64,000 nucleotides of DNA from Candidatus Latescibacterota bacterium. GTDB taxonomy: Bacteria; Latescibacterota; UBA2968; GCA-2709665. Below are positions 54,038 through 64,000 of the stretch, piece after piece. The stretch's first letter is position 1; every line of letters begins with the position of its first letter. The stretch covers positions 1 to 64,000 of the forward strand of contig CAXXJS010000005.1 of assembly GCA_963662665.2 (NCBI GenBank), read 5' to 3'. The notes under the pieces were generated by a model. The model did not search any database. It had not been told where the DNA came from and worked only from the letters and a program-made list of their open reading frames with translations. The translations under genes and the position numbers were made by a program.

Positions 54038-57000
54038 GTGTGGTTGCGGCGGGTTGAACCCAGACGCAGGCTGCAAACGCAAAGAGCGCAGAAGCGCACG
54101 ACATTTTCGTTGCTTCTCGTCATCTGTGTTTTCTGTCTCGCTATACTTCCGCGCGTCGCTCAGGGCGCCGGGGAAACCTGGCGCATCCTGGCTGTCCGGG
54201 TTTCCTTTTCCACGGAAGATCCCGACGACGCCACCACCAGCGGAAACGGCGTCTTCGATCTCAGGACGTTCGAGACAGTCCGCGACGACTATATCTTCCC
54301 CTTCGACGCCCCCCCGCACGACAAATCCTATTTTGAAGCGCACCTTCAGGCCCTGCGCAACTACTATCTGGAAATTTCCAACCGTCAACTTGAAATCGAA
54401 TACTCCGTATTTCCGGAGGACCCGGACGGAAGCTACGTCATTGACAGGCCCCTGAAGGAATACGGCAACGGGCGCACCCGGAACGAAATCGCGCAGCGCA
54501 TCACGCAGCTCTTTCACGATGGTATCGCCGCTGCAGACACCGCCGAAGGCGATAACCTGGATTTTAGCGACTTCCAGGCCTTCGCGGTCTTTCACGCGGG
54601 GCTGGGCGCGGAAGCCGGCGGGCAGGCCATCAACGATATCCCGTCCGCCTTTGTCTCCGGTAAAGATCTCGACCTGTTTGTGAATGGGCCAATCGAGGTG
54701 GACCACGGCGCCGCGGTGGTCCGTAACGGCATGTTGCTTCCCGAAGCCGTGAGTACGGACGGCAGGGGCGGCCTGAACGGTACGCTCGTTCGTTTCTTCG
54801 CGCACCAGCTCGGCCTGCCCGGGCTGTCCAATTTCGAAGATGAACTCCCCGCGGTGGGAGACTGGAGTCCGCTGGATACGGGAGGACCCGGGGCCGTGGC
54901 CTCCGCCGCCCGCCTGAAACTACAGCCGCTGACCGGCGAGCCCGGAGACACCTTACTCATCGGTTTTGTCCCTAGCCGCCTCCTCGCGTGGTCCCGCATC
55001 CGCCTCGGATGGCTGGAGCCAGCGGTCGTCACGCGAAACGACACGGTGCGGCTGGTTGCGCCACATGTTGCGGGTTCGGACCTGCCCCAGGCTCTAAGGG
55101 TTCCCGTCAGCGCATCGGAGTACTTCCTCCTGGAAAACCGCATCTCGCGGCTGGGAGTACACGGGCGAGAGCCGAATATCGAATTTTCATCCGGAGGACG
55201 GGTCTGGCTCTCTGTGGACGACTATGACGCCTTCATTCCGGGTTCCGGCATTCTGATATGGCACGTCGACGACACTGTGATCCACGCCAGCGGCGAAGGC
55301 GTTGGCGTCAACAGCAATCCGCAGTATCTCATCTCCCCCGGACAATACCGGCGCGGCATCTCGCTTGAGGAGGCGGATGGCCTGGAAGATATTGGCAACA
55401 ACGCCGCGAATCGGGTCGTGCAGGCCGGAATAATCAGCCTGGATGCCATAGAAGGCGGCGCCAGGGATCCGTTCTACGCAGGCAACGCCACGCGCTTCGG
55501 GCCGGAAACCGTGCCCGGCACGAACAGCAACCTGAACTATCCTACCGGTATTACTATCCAGGTCCTCAGTCCTCCCGCCGATACCATGAACGTGGCCATT
55601 ACATTTGACTACCAGCAGGACGCCTGGCCGGTAACCGGGCTGGCGAACGTCGGATCGCAGGCCCCCCGGGCAATTGACCTGGACGGCGACGGTGTAAAGG
55701 AGATTCTGCGCAGCGGCGGCGACGCCGGCTACGGCACGGTCGGGACACCGCACGGAGGTCCGAACGCCCTGCCACTGCATCTGACCGGAAATCCCGCCAC
55801 ACTGACGCCGGATGCCGGGTTTCCGTTCCTCACGTCCTTTACTCCCGCAGTGGGCGACATCGACGGGGATGGCCAGGACGATTTCATCTACTCGTCGGGA
55901 TCCGTGCCGATCCTCTGGAGCCGGAATACCACCCCCGCACCAACGGCGCCCCCCGCGCCCGGAACGGCGCCCGAGGTCTCCTGCCCACCACTTATCGCAC
56001 CGTTTCCGGAAGCGCCCGTGGACGTCTGGGGATGGACGAATGGCACCGTCACGTGGGGTAACCTGGAGGGGTCGAATACGGGCATCACGCAAATGGCAGG
56101 CGGTCCCGTCACCAGCCTTGCGGCAGGAAACGTGGACGATGACCCGGACAACGAACTGGTTGCCCTGGCCGGCGCGGTCGGACTCTTCGTCGCCGAAGCG
56201 GACGGACGGGTATATCAGCTCACGACCTTCAGCGGGCAGATTGTCGGCGGCCCCGTACTGGGCGACCTGGATCGGGACGGCCGGGATGAAATCGTGACGC
56301 TGGCCGCCGACGGCGTGGTTTCCATTTTTTCCGGCGGGAGCATGACGGCGCAAAGCGTGCCGGTACCCGGGGGGGCGGGATCGGCGCCTGTGCTGGGCGA
56401 CCTGGATGAAGACGGCTACATCGAAGTACTCTTCGGCGGCGAGGGGAGGCTTTGGGTCGTACGCTTCAACGGGATACACCAGTCCGATACCCCGCTCGCG
56501 TTTCCGCTCAAGGACGAAGCCGGGCTGATTTCCTCGCCGCCAGTACTTGCCGACATCAATCTGGACGGCGATCTGGACATCTTCGCGGCCACGAAGGGCG
56601 GCCTGGTGTATGGTCTTGGCGCCGACGGGTCCAGTCTTCCGTCCTTTCCCCTGCCCGTTTCGGGCCCGGTACACGCCTCGCCGCTCGTTGACGACCTGGA
56701 CGGCGACGGCACCCTCGAGCTTGTTGTCTTTACGGCGGACGGCGGGGCATATCTCTGGCACCTGGAGACGTTCGACACCCACTTTACGGGGAATCATCTG
56801 GTCTGGAGCCAGGCCGGCGGCGGACCGGGCAACGCGAGTCGCCTTCTCTCGCTGCCCAGCGATCCACCTCCGGAAACCACGTCATTGCTTCTGCCTCCCG
56901 ACCAGGTCTACTGCTATCCGAATCCTATTCGAGGGCCGTCGGCCACGATTCGGTTTTTCCTTGGCAAGAACGCCCGTATCCAGGTTGCCGTGCTAAACGC

Positions 57001-57172
57001 GCTGGGAGAAATCGTGGAGCGGATGACCATGGAAAATCCCACGCCTCGTACGGACAACGAACTCCGCTGGAACACCGGCGAATATGCCAGCGGGTTTTAC
57101 GTGTGCCGCGTGGAAGCCATCTCGGAAGAACGAACCGAAGTCCGCTTTGTCAAAACCGCAATCATCAAATAA
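54038..57172 (+). CDS. M6-peptidase-like, FG-GAP repeat protein with T9SS C-terminal domain
   Basis: EYFLLENR, GILIWHVDD, multiple GDxDGDG repeats, YCYPNP...ASGFYVCRV CTD. Confidence 0.85.
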   Translation: MWLRRVEPRRRLQTQRAQKRTTFSLLLVICVFCLAILPRVAQGAGETWRILAVRVSFSTEDPDDATTSGNGVFDLRTFETVRDDYIFPFDAPPHDKSYFEAHLQALRNYYLEISNRQLEIEYSVFPEDPDGSYVIDRPLKEYGNGRTRNEIAQRITQLFHDGIAAADTAEGDNLDFSDFQAFAVFHAGLGAEAGGQAINDIPSAFVSGKDLDLFVNGPIEVDHGAAVVRNGMLLPEAVSTDGRGGLNGTLVRFFAHQLGLPGLSNFEDELPAVGDWSPLDTGGPGAVASAARLKLQPLTGEPGDTLLIGFVPSRLLAWSRIRLGWLEPAVVTRNDTVRLVAPHVAGSDLPQALRVPVSASEYFLLENRISRLGVHGREPNIEFSSGGRVWLSVDDYDAFIPGSGILIWHVDDTVIHASGEGVGVNSNPQYLISPGQYRRGISLEEADGLEDIGNNAANRVVQAGIISLDAIEGGARDPFYAGNATRFGPETVPGTNSNLNYPTGITIQVLSPPADTMNVAITFDYQQDAWPVTGLANVGSQAPRAIDLDGDGVKEILRSGGDAGYGTVGTPHGGPNALPLHLTGNPATLTPDAGFPFLTSFTPAVGDIDGDGQDDFIYSSGSVPILWSRNTTPAPTAPPAPGTAPEVSCPPLIAPFPEAPVDVWGWTNGTVTWGNLEGSNTGITQMAGGPVTSLAAGNVDDDPDNELVALAGAVGLFVAEADGRVYQLTTFSGQIVGGPVLGDLDRDGRDEIVTLAADGVVSIFSGGSMTAQSVPVPGGAGSAPVLGDLDEDGYIEVLFGGEGRLWVVRFNGIHQSDTPLAFPLKDEAGLISSPPVLADINLDGDLDIFAATKGGLVYGLGADGSSLPSFPLPVSGPVHASPLVDDLDGDGTLELVVFTADGGAYLWHLETFDTHFTGNHLVWSQAGGGPGNASRLLSLPSDPPPETTSLLLPPDQVYCYPNPIRGPSATIRFFLGKNARIQVAVLNALGEIVERMTMENPTPRTDNELRWNTGEYASGFYVCRVEAISEERTEVRFVKTAIIK

Positions 57173-57179
57173 TCGTCTG

Positions 57180-60100
57180 ATGGTAACAATGGACATACAC
57201 TGCTTACGGCGTTCGTGCAATCGCGGTCGAACGCGTTGTACTCCGGGAAGGATCTTCAGTATTTGCCTCGCCCTGTTGTGGTCGGCGGCGCTGCCGGCCG
57301 GCGCCCAGTTCGACGCCAACCATCCCGAACTGCGCTGGGAGGTCATGGAGACCGAGCATTTCAAGATATACTATCATCAGGGCCTCGCCGAATTTGCCCG
57401 CCGCGCCGCGACGGCCGCCGAAACCGTGTACGGCCCGGTCACGGACTTCTACGATTTTACGCCGGACGAAAAAATCCGGCTTATTGTCAAGGACACCGAC
57501 GACTACGCCAATGGCGCGGCCTTCTATTACCATAACACCATGGAAATCTGGGCATCCAACCTGGTTTTCGAACTACGTGGCGACACCGACTGGCTTCAGA
57601 ATGTGATCGCCCACGAATTCACCCATATTGTCGCCCTGCAGACGGCCCGCAAAGGTCCGCGACGCCTTCCTGCCATTTACTTCCACTATCTGGGTTACCA
57701 GAACGAAGAGCGGCGGGACGATATTCTCACGGGTTATCCGGACGTCTTTGCGTCCTACGCCGTTCCCCTTACCATCATACCGCCATGGTTCGCCGAAGGC
57801 ACCGCGCAATATATGGCGCCGGGCGTCCATTTCGACCGGTGGGACTCCCACCGGGACATGATCCTTCGCATGGCCACGTTGAACAACCGGCTGCTCACTT
57901 ACAATGAAATGGGTGTGTTCGGCTCCAAGACCGGTCTGGGACTCGAAAAAGTGTACGACCATGGCTACGCCCTGACGCTGTTTATCGTCAACACGTTCGG
58001 TGAAGACAAATTGCCGCGGATCTACCGCAATATGAACAGACTCTGGCGGACGGACTTCGAATCCGCCGTCCGCGGCGCGATCGGCATTTCCGGGCGCGAA
58101 CTCCACCGGCGCTGGGTTGCCGCTCTGGTGGAGCGGTACGAAATCCAGAAGGCCGAAATTCAGGGACGCGTTGTTGACGGTGAGATTCTTCAGGACATGG
58201 GGTACTTCAACCTCCACCCCCGCTGGTCGCCGGATGGGAATCGATTGGCCTATCTGTCCAATCGGGGCAGCGACTTCGGCCGTACCGCCCTGGTTGTGCA
58301 TACTCTGTCCGACAGCACGTCCGAGACAGTCGCCGGCGGCGCCGACACGGCGCCGGACTGGTCGCCGAGCGGGCCGGGCCTGATATTTTCGCGCCACAGT
58401 CCACCCGATCGATACGGCTCCCGGTTCTGGGATCTCTACACGGTCGACCCGACCGCGTCGCGGGGCGGGGGCCTGTTTCAGAAGACCACGGCGACGCTCG
58501 GACTGTCTCTCGCATTGCCGAACAACCAGAATCGGCTGACACGCGGCCTCCGGGCGAGCCATCCGTCGTATTCGCCCGACGGTAAACAGATTGCTTTCGT
58601 GATAAACGGCCGCGGCACGACAAACCTGGCCGTGATGGACGTCGCCGGGGGAAACGTCCGCCGACTCACGTCGTTCGACGACGGCTCACAGGTATACACG
58701 CCGCGCTGGTCGCCCGACGGTTCGCAGATTGCCTTTTCGGTCTTCCGGCCGAACGATACCCGTAACATCGCAATCATCCCCGCCAACGGCGGTCTGATGA
58801 GCACCGTCATCGCCTCCGCGGGCACCGACCGCGATCCCTGCTGGACTCCCGACGGGACAGGTCTCGTTTTTTCCTCGGATCAGGACGGCATCTTCAATCT
58901 CTACCACCAGAACCTGATCGACGGGTCAGTACACCGCGTCACCCGGGTACTGGGCGGCGCCCTGCAACCGCACGTCAATCCGAAAGACCGTCGGATAGCG
59001 TTCTCCCACTACGGCGTTGCCGGATACGAGATCCGGATCCTTACCGGAAAAGGCGCCTGGGAGCCGGTTGCTGCCGCAATCTTCCAGCCGGGGACCGGGC
59101 GGACGCCCGCCGCCGCGGCGAACGAAGAAGGCAGTCCGAAGAGCAGGTCCTACGGCAACGAATTCTCCTCGACCTCGATCTTTCCCCGTGTTGCCGTTGA
59201 CGCAGGAAAGTTGAAGCTCGGGATCTTTGCGGGATCCAACGATATTCTCAACAAACAGTCCCTGCTTGTGGGGGCCCTGGCCGCCCGCGACCGAGACCTG
59301 GACCTCTTCGCCGTCTACGAATATCGCCGGTGGCGGCCCACGGTCTTCCTGGAAGCCTATCGAGCCGTTCGCCACGAAAAAGAGGACGTACTCAACAGGG
59401 ATGAGAATTTCCGCATCTTCAGTCAGACATTCACGCTTTCCGGCGTGGAACTCGGGGCCTGGCGCAGGTTAGGTACCGGCAGTCGCCTGGACGCCCGATT
59501 CATCTACAACCTGTCGTCCACCGGCCAGGACGTGGCCCGTTTCAACGGGATGGACGAAGTAAGCGTGGGCGCCACCACCCATCATGGCTTCAATTTCGCA
59601 TTCACGTATTCCCTGCGCAACATCCGACGCACCAGAGACAGGGAAATCAACCCGCGAGCCGGCCGGGAATTGAGATTTCGCTACGATCGTCAGTTCAATT
59701 TCTTCATCAGCGGTTTCAAGGAAAACACGTCCATTCTGATCGAAACGTTCGACCGCTACTTCTTCAACCGGCTTACGCTGAGTTGGAGCGAATACCTGCC
59801 GGTGGGACCCGGACGGGGCGCCCTGGGGCTGCGCTTCCACGGCGGCCTGATCGACAAAGAAGTAGATGACTACTTCGACTATTTTCTCGGCGGCCTGCCT
59901 TATATGAAGGGCTATACGTTCTATAGCCTCGAGGGTCGCAGGGTCGCCATGGTTCGGGCCGCCTACCGTTTCCCCCGTCCAGACCGGGATGGATCGGCAG
60001 ACCGGCCCCATCTACTCCGATCAGCTCTTCGGATCCATCTACGCCGGCATCGGCCGCGCCTGGGACGGAGACGAAATGGACAACGTGCTCAACCGCGGTT

Positions 60101-60297
60101 GGAAAAGAGACATTGGTGTCCAGATCCGTTACGACGCCACCTCCTTTTACACCTTTCCGACCCGCGCCAGCATCGACGTCGCGTACGGAATGGATACGGT
60201 ACCCCGTGTTGTCCCCGGCGAGACGTTGGAAAAAAGCGGCTTCAAGATTTACTTCACACTGCTTTTCGGATACCTGCAAAGCGTGGGAGGAAGATAA
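57180..60297 (+). CDS. Gluzincin + TolB/PD40 propeller + BamA-like barrel protein; +1 frameshift near 59972
   Basis: AHEFTH, WFAEG, WSPDG repeats; C-terminus continues in ORF 59989-60297. Confidence 0.8.
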
Positions 60298-60397
60298 ACG
60301 AAAAGCGGGGCAACGTTAGACGGTAGAGGTCCGCACCGACACCAACGGGTTTTTCGATGAGAGATCCGGAGAGGTTTCGCAGATCCAGCGCCGGTAT

Positions 60398-60424
60398 GTG
60401 GGCGGTTCTCGAACCGCCCCTACA
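60398..60424. repeat. REP-like palindrome (similar GC-rich palindromes at ~11770, ~39656, ~44939)
   Basis: gtgggcggttctcgaaccgcccctaca. Confidence 0.55.
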
Positions 60425-60535
60425 ACGAATACAACGGTGCTGACGTTTACGTTTTGCTGTTCGGTTCCTGGTTTTTGCTTTAAGCTGACCGCTGATGGCT
60501 GAGAGCTGGCAGCTTGTTTCGAACAGGAGTTTATC

Positions 60536-61267
60536 GTGTACCGCTTCATCCCCTTGTTGATCGTGCTGACCGTTCTCCCGGTCCATGCCGCGGACCCTTC
60601 AGGCGGCGGCACATACTTAGCCGACCGATGGTTGCAGGATGAGGAACCCCTGCAGAGCGACCGGAAATCGCCCAAACTGGCCTTCGCGATGTCTCTTGTG
60701 GTTCCGGGTCTGGGTGAGCTCTACGCGGGCGAGCCGAAACGGGCGGCTGTTTTCCTGGGAATCGAAGCGCTTACGTGGTTCAACTACCTGCGCTGGCGGA
60801 GCAAGGGCAACGATCTCAAAGCGGAATTTCGAGCCTTTGCAGATCAAAATTGGGACGAAACCCGGTACCTCGCATGGCAGGAATACAACCGGGCAAGGGG
60901 TTCGCCATACATCGAAACGGAGACCCTGCCCTGTAAACGCGCCCAGGACGGCTGCCACACCGTGGACACTCAGCAATATTACGAAATGATCGGCAAGTAC
61001 GATCAGTTCGTATTCGGCTGGAGCGACGTCCGAGACGTGGGTTTCGAGACAGGCAACGGCGACGTGGAATCCAGCCGGCGCATCGACTACGAGGACCGGC
61101 GCAACGAAAGCAACAAACTGCTCAAGCGCGCCTCGGTCATTGTGGGACTGACAGTCGTCAACCGCATCGCGAGTTCCATCCACGCCGCGACCCGGGCCCG
61201 TTCCTTTCGATTCTCCGTATTGCCCGGACCGGACCGGACCGAAGTGGCAATCCATCTCCCGTTCTGA
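60536..61267 (+). CDS. Hypothetical exported/membrane protein
   Basis: Signal peptide; SLVVPGLGELYAG; QQYYEMIGKYDQF. Confidence 0.8.
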   Translation: MYRFIPLLIVLTVLPVHAADPSGGGTYLADRWLQDEEPLQSDRKSPKLAFAMSLVVPGLGELYAGEPKRAAVFLGIEALTWFNYLRWRSKGNDLKAEFRAFADQNWDETRYLAWQEYNRARGSPYIETETLPCKRAQDGCHTVDTQQYYEMIGKYDQFVFGWSDVRDVGFETGNGDVESSRRIDYEDRRNESNKLLKRASVIVGLTVVNRIASSIHAATRARSFRFSVLPGPDRTEVAIHLPF

Positions 61268-61301
61268 TCGCGTGGCAAAGCGTTTTTTACAGGCAGGTTA
61301 A

Positions 61302-61952
61302 ATGGTAAATCCGATATCAAGAGCCATCGTCTTTCGTGCGGTCCTTTCCCTCCTCCTGTTCGGCGCGCCCTCCGCCGGATTGGCAAACGGCAAGTCAGCG
61401 GCCAAAGCCGCCGTGCTATCGCTGGTTGTGCCCGGCCTGGGCGAGTTCTACGCCGGCGGCCGCCGTTCCGCACGCTTCTTCCTGGCAACGGAAGGAATCT
61501 GCTGGACCGGCATATCCACGTTCCGGTTCCTGGAATCCTACCGCATCGATGCGTATCGCGCCCACGCCGCGGTTCATGCAGGTATTTTTTTGGATAACCT
61601 GCCAGAGTCCTTCATCAAGGAAGTGGGAAACTTCAACAGCATTTACGAGCGAAACCTGCGCGAACGCTTCCTCGCCGGCGAACACGCGGATTTACGGGCA
61701 GAGACCCCCGAACGGACCTGGGAGTGGGACGCCGAAGCCTCCCGGATCAAGTTTCAGGACCTGCGCAGCAAGGCCACCTCTGCCGAACAGAAAGCCTTCC
61801 TCTTTATAGGTGGCCTCATATTCAACCGCTTCGCCAGTGCTCTCAATGCGGCTTCCATCGCGCGCAAGACCCGTGCGCGGAGCGTCACCGACCTCAAGCT
61901 TCACGTGGACCCCCGCGGCGGCCTGTACGCAAACATCCAACGCGGTTTCTGA
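61302..61952 (+). CDS. Hypothetical protein, paralog of the upstream gene
   Basis: SLVVPGLGEFYAG; C-terminal NRFASA matches NRIASS upstream. Confidence 0.8.
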   Translation: MVNPISRAIVFRAVLSLLLFGAPSAGLANGKSAAKAAVLSLVVPGLGEFYAGGRRSARFFLATEGICWTGISTFRFLESYRIDAYRAHAAVHAGIFLDNLPESFIKEVGNFNSIYERNLRERFLAGEHADLRAETPERTWEWDAEASRIKFQDLRSKATSAEQKAFLFIGGLIFNRFASALNAASIARKTRARSVTDLKLHVDPRGGLYANIQRGF

Positions 61953-62014
61953 GACCCGAGAACTCCGATACCCGCAGAAAATTCTCCCGACAGTCGTGAA
62001 AGGGCGAAAACAGC

Positions 62015-63607
62015 TTGGCTTCTAACGTTTCGAGGCAAGTATCTTGCGTCTGGCTTCCTGCCTCCCCAGGGATGGTGCTTTGCCTGCTTCTCAATTCCGC
62101 CGCGTTCGCGGATCCCGAAGCCCGCTGCGGCACTCCCTTCCTTCCGGCACGTCCACATCCCGTCGTGGCGTCAAAAAAAACGGCCGCCGAGACGTTTGAC
62201 GTTGGCGACCCCCTTACGGTTCGTGCGTTCAATTTCGGCGCGGTACCAGGTACCGATCCGTACTATCTGACCACAACAACCTGCCGCTTAAAGGGCGAAC
62301 ACTGCTACATCTTCGTGGAAGACGACATCTGGAACGGCCCGCGCGTCACGTCTACCGGACTCGCATCCCTCGCCCGTGCGTTCGACCGATCCACCCCCAG
62401 GTATCGCGAACGCGGAATCTATTCCATCGATACCCAGATCTTCGGCCCACCACCCGACGCCGACGGGGATCCGAGGGTACTGATCGTACTGCTGGATATA
62501 ATGGACAGTATCCTGAGCGGCACAATCCTGGGTTATTACGATACGGCGAACCAGGGGGCGCCGGTCGGCAGGGAGATCCTCTACATCGACAGCAATCCGC
62601 TTGACCTCGATAGCGACTTCGCGCGCGCCACCCTTGCCCACGAGTTCCAGCACATGCTGCACTGGAACGGCGACTCCGACGAAGACAGATGGGTGGACGA
62701 GGGCTGTTCGGAATACGCCGAACTGGCCTGTGGTTATAAGAACACCGCCGGCAGACTCGCACAGAACTTCCTCGGCGTTCCCAACCTGCTCAAATCGTCC
62801 GACTCCGCCGCCACTGTGCCGCCCAATACCGGCCTGACGGATGCCGCCAGCTGGTCCAAAGGCGCCTGCCTGCCTTTCCTTTTCGATCAGACCTTTCTGC
62901 TGATGACCTACTTCGCGCAGCGCTACGGCGATACGGCCGTCGCCCGCCTGGTCGCCGAACCGGCAAACGGCATCGACGGGTTCAACCTTGCCCTTGAGTC
63001 CCTCGACGCGGCCGAGGAATTTGAACAATTCTGGGCCAACTGGGCGGCGGCCGTGTTCCTGAACGACGAGGACGACGCGGGATACCACGGCCTCACCCTT
63101 GGACCGGTCAGAAGGGATACCGTCGCGGTTCCGTCCGATGACCTCGGCGGCGCTCTCCAACTCTGGGGCATCGACTATTTCGTACCCCGAACCACAGGAT
63201 TCCTCGGGCTCTCGCTGGACGTCAGGAGCGGCAGCGACCTGCTTGTGACGGTGGTTTCCCGTCGCGACGACAAGCGCGACGTCGCCGCCGTCTCCGTCCC
63301 GCGCGGCGTCACGCGCCGAATAGGTTACTACGCCGGCCCGTTAACCGCATTGGCCGTCACGCGCACGTCCCCCGGCGCCCACGCTTACACCCTCTCACTC
63401 GCGGCACGCGCGGGCGACGCCCCTGCAGCCGCGGACTTCGACGCCAGCGGCACGGTCGGTTTTCCGGATTTCATCGCGTTTGCCGCGGGCTTCGGCAAAT
63501 CTGCGGGCCAGCCCGGTTTCGACCCCTCGTTCGACTTCGACGGGGACCGCACCGTCTCGTTTGGGGACTTCATTGTGTTCGCAAGAAGTTTCGGAAAGTC
63601 ACCGTAA
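62015..63607 (+). CDS. Secreted zinc metallopeptidase (M30-like) with EF-hand/dockerin-like tail
   Basis: TLAHEFQHM, WVDEGCSEYA; DFDASGTVGFPDF...DFDGDRTVSFGDF. Confidence 0.85.
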   Translation: MASNVSRQVSCVWLPASPGMVLCLLLNSAAFADPEARCGTPFLPARPHPVVASKKTAAETFDVGDPLTVRAFNFGAVPGTDPYYLTTTTCRLKGEHCYIFVEDDIWNGPRVTSTGLASLARAFDRSTPRYRERGIYSIDTQIFGPPPDADGDPRVLIVLLDIMDSILSGTILGYYDTANQGAPVGREILYIDSNPLDLDSDFARATLAHEFQHMLHWNGDSDEDRWVDEGCSEYAELACGYKNTAGRLAQNFLGVPNLLKSSDSAATVPPNTGLTDAASWSKGACLPFLFDQTFLLMTYFAQRYGDTAVARLVAEPANGIDGFNLALESLDAAEEFEQFWANWAAAVFLNDEDDAGYHGLTLGPVRRDTVAVPSDDLGGALQLWGIDYFVPRTTGFLGLSLDVRSGSDLLVTVVSRRDDKRDVAAVSVPRGVTRRIGYYAGPLTALAVTRTSPGAHAYTLSLAARAGDAPAAADFDASGTVGFPDFIAFAAGFGKSAGQPGFDPSFDFDGDRTVSFGDFIVFARSFGKSP

Positions 63608-63664
63608 TTCGTCGCGTGGTTCGCTGCAAACCTTCCAATGACACCCTCCGTTTGAACTGCCTGG

Positions 63665-64000
63665 CTACTCCGCGAGCGCGGACCGACGCCAGTACTGGCC
63701 GAAGTGACGCTTAAGCCACGATAACGGCGTCCGCAACAACACGTTGTACCCACCCCAGGTCCATCGCGTAACCCGCTTCAGTCCGGCCACGGACGTCAAC
63801 ACGGCTGCACGGGCCTCATCCGGCCGCGCTGCCTCACGGCCGAGCGCCAGCAATTCCCGTTCGTAGTTGAATCGAACCATATTTTGCGCATGCGCGGCCA
63901 GTTTTTCTGGCGCCGGGACCCGGGTATGGGGGCACACCGAATGGCGCTCCGTAAACAGAAAAGACGAGATCCACTGCGAAGAGACCTCACCGCGGGCGCC
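63665..64000 (-). CDS. C-terminal part of a hypothetical protein (start may lie outside the window)
   Basis: Open frame ending at 63665, convergent with the peptidase gene. Confidence 0.45.
   Translation of the reverse strand, partial: GARGEVSSQWISSFLFTERHSVCPHTRVPAPEKLAAHAQNMVRFNYERELLALGREAARPDEARAAVLTSVAGLKRVTRWTWGGYNVLLRTPLSWLKRHFGQYWRRSALAE

Noticed and set aside
55187-56797. 536-aa minus-strand ORF
   Set aside because: Antisense shadow of the FG-GAP gene

Overview
High-GC bacterial window. The T9SS PorV/CTD genes and the EF-hand/dockerin-tailed peptidase suggest an FCB-group lineage such as Latescibacterota or Gemmatimonadota (inference). The centre holds a complete type I-B CRISPR-Cas locus on the minus strand (cas6-cas8b-cas7-cas5-cas3-cas1-cas2-cas4). 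Its 37-repeat array (18120-27883) is broken by an IS3 element and by a nested IS630/IS1182/IS21 stack. A defence-island-like region flanks it: two Nmad3 genes, a ParA ATPase, an EEP nuclease, a UDG-like gene, a WYL regulator, TA genes and a group II intron remnant. A methionine cluster (metH, yitJ, MTHFR-like) lies to the left and envelope/T9SS genes to the right. Best novelty candidate: two homologous unannotated small ORFs (motif WHxDGxP[FY]xDxDYxxAxLxVPTxEQLAxW) each sit directly upstream of degenerate copies of the CRISPR repeat, far from the main array. One has a single repeat (2614-2650); the other has a 3-repeat/2-spacer mini-array with its own terminator (10474-10693). The operon carrying the mini-array shares a 21-bp palindrome (TTGTCGCA-N5-TGCGACAA) with the WYL gene promoter 30 kb away. 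This suggests a WYL-controlled, Cascade-coupled small-protein/crRNA-like module. All calls are by eye; no database searches were run.
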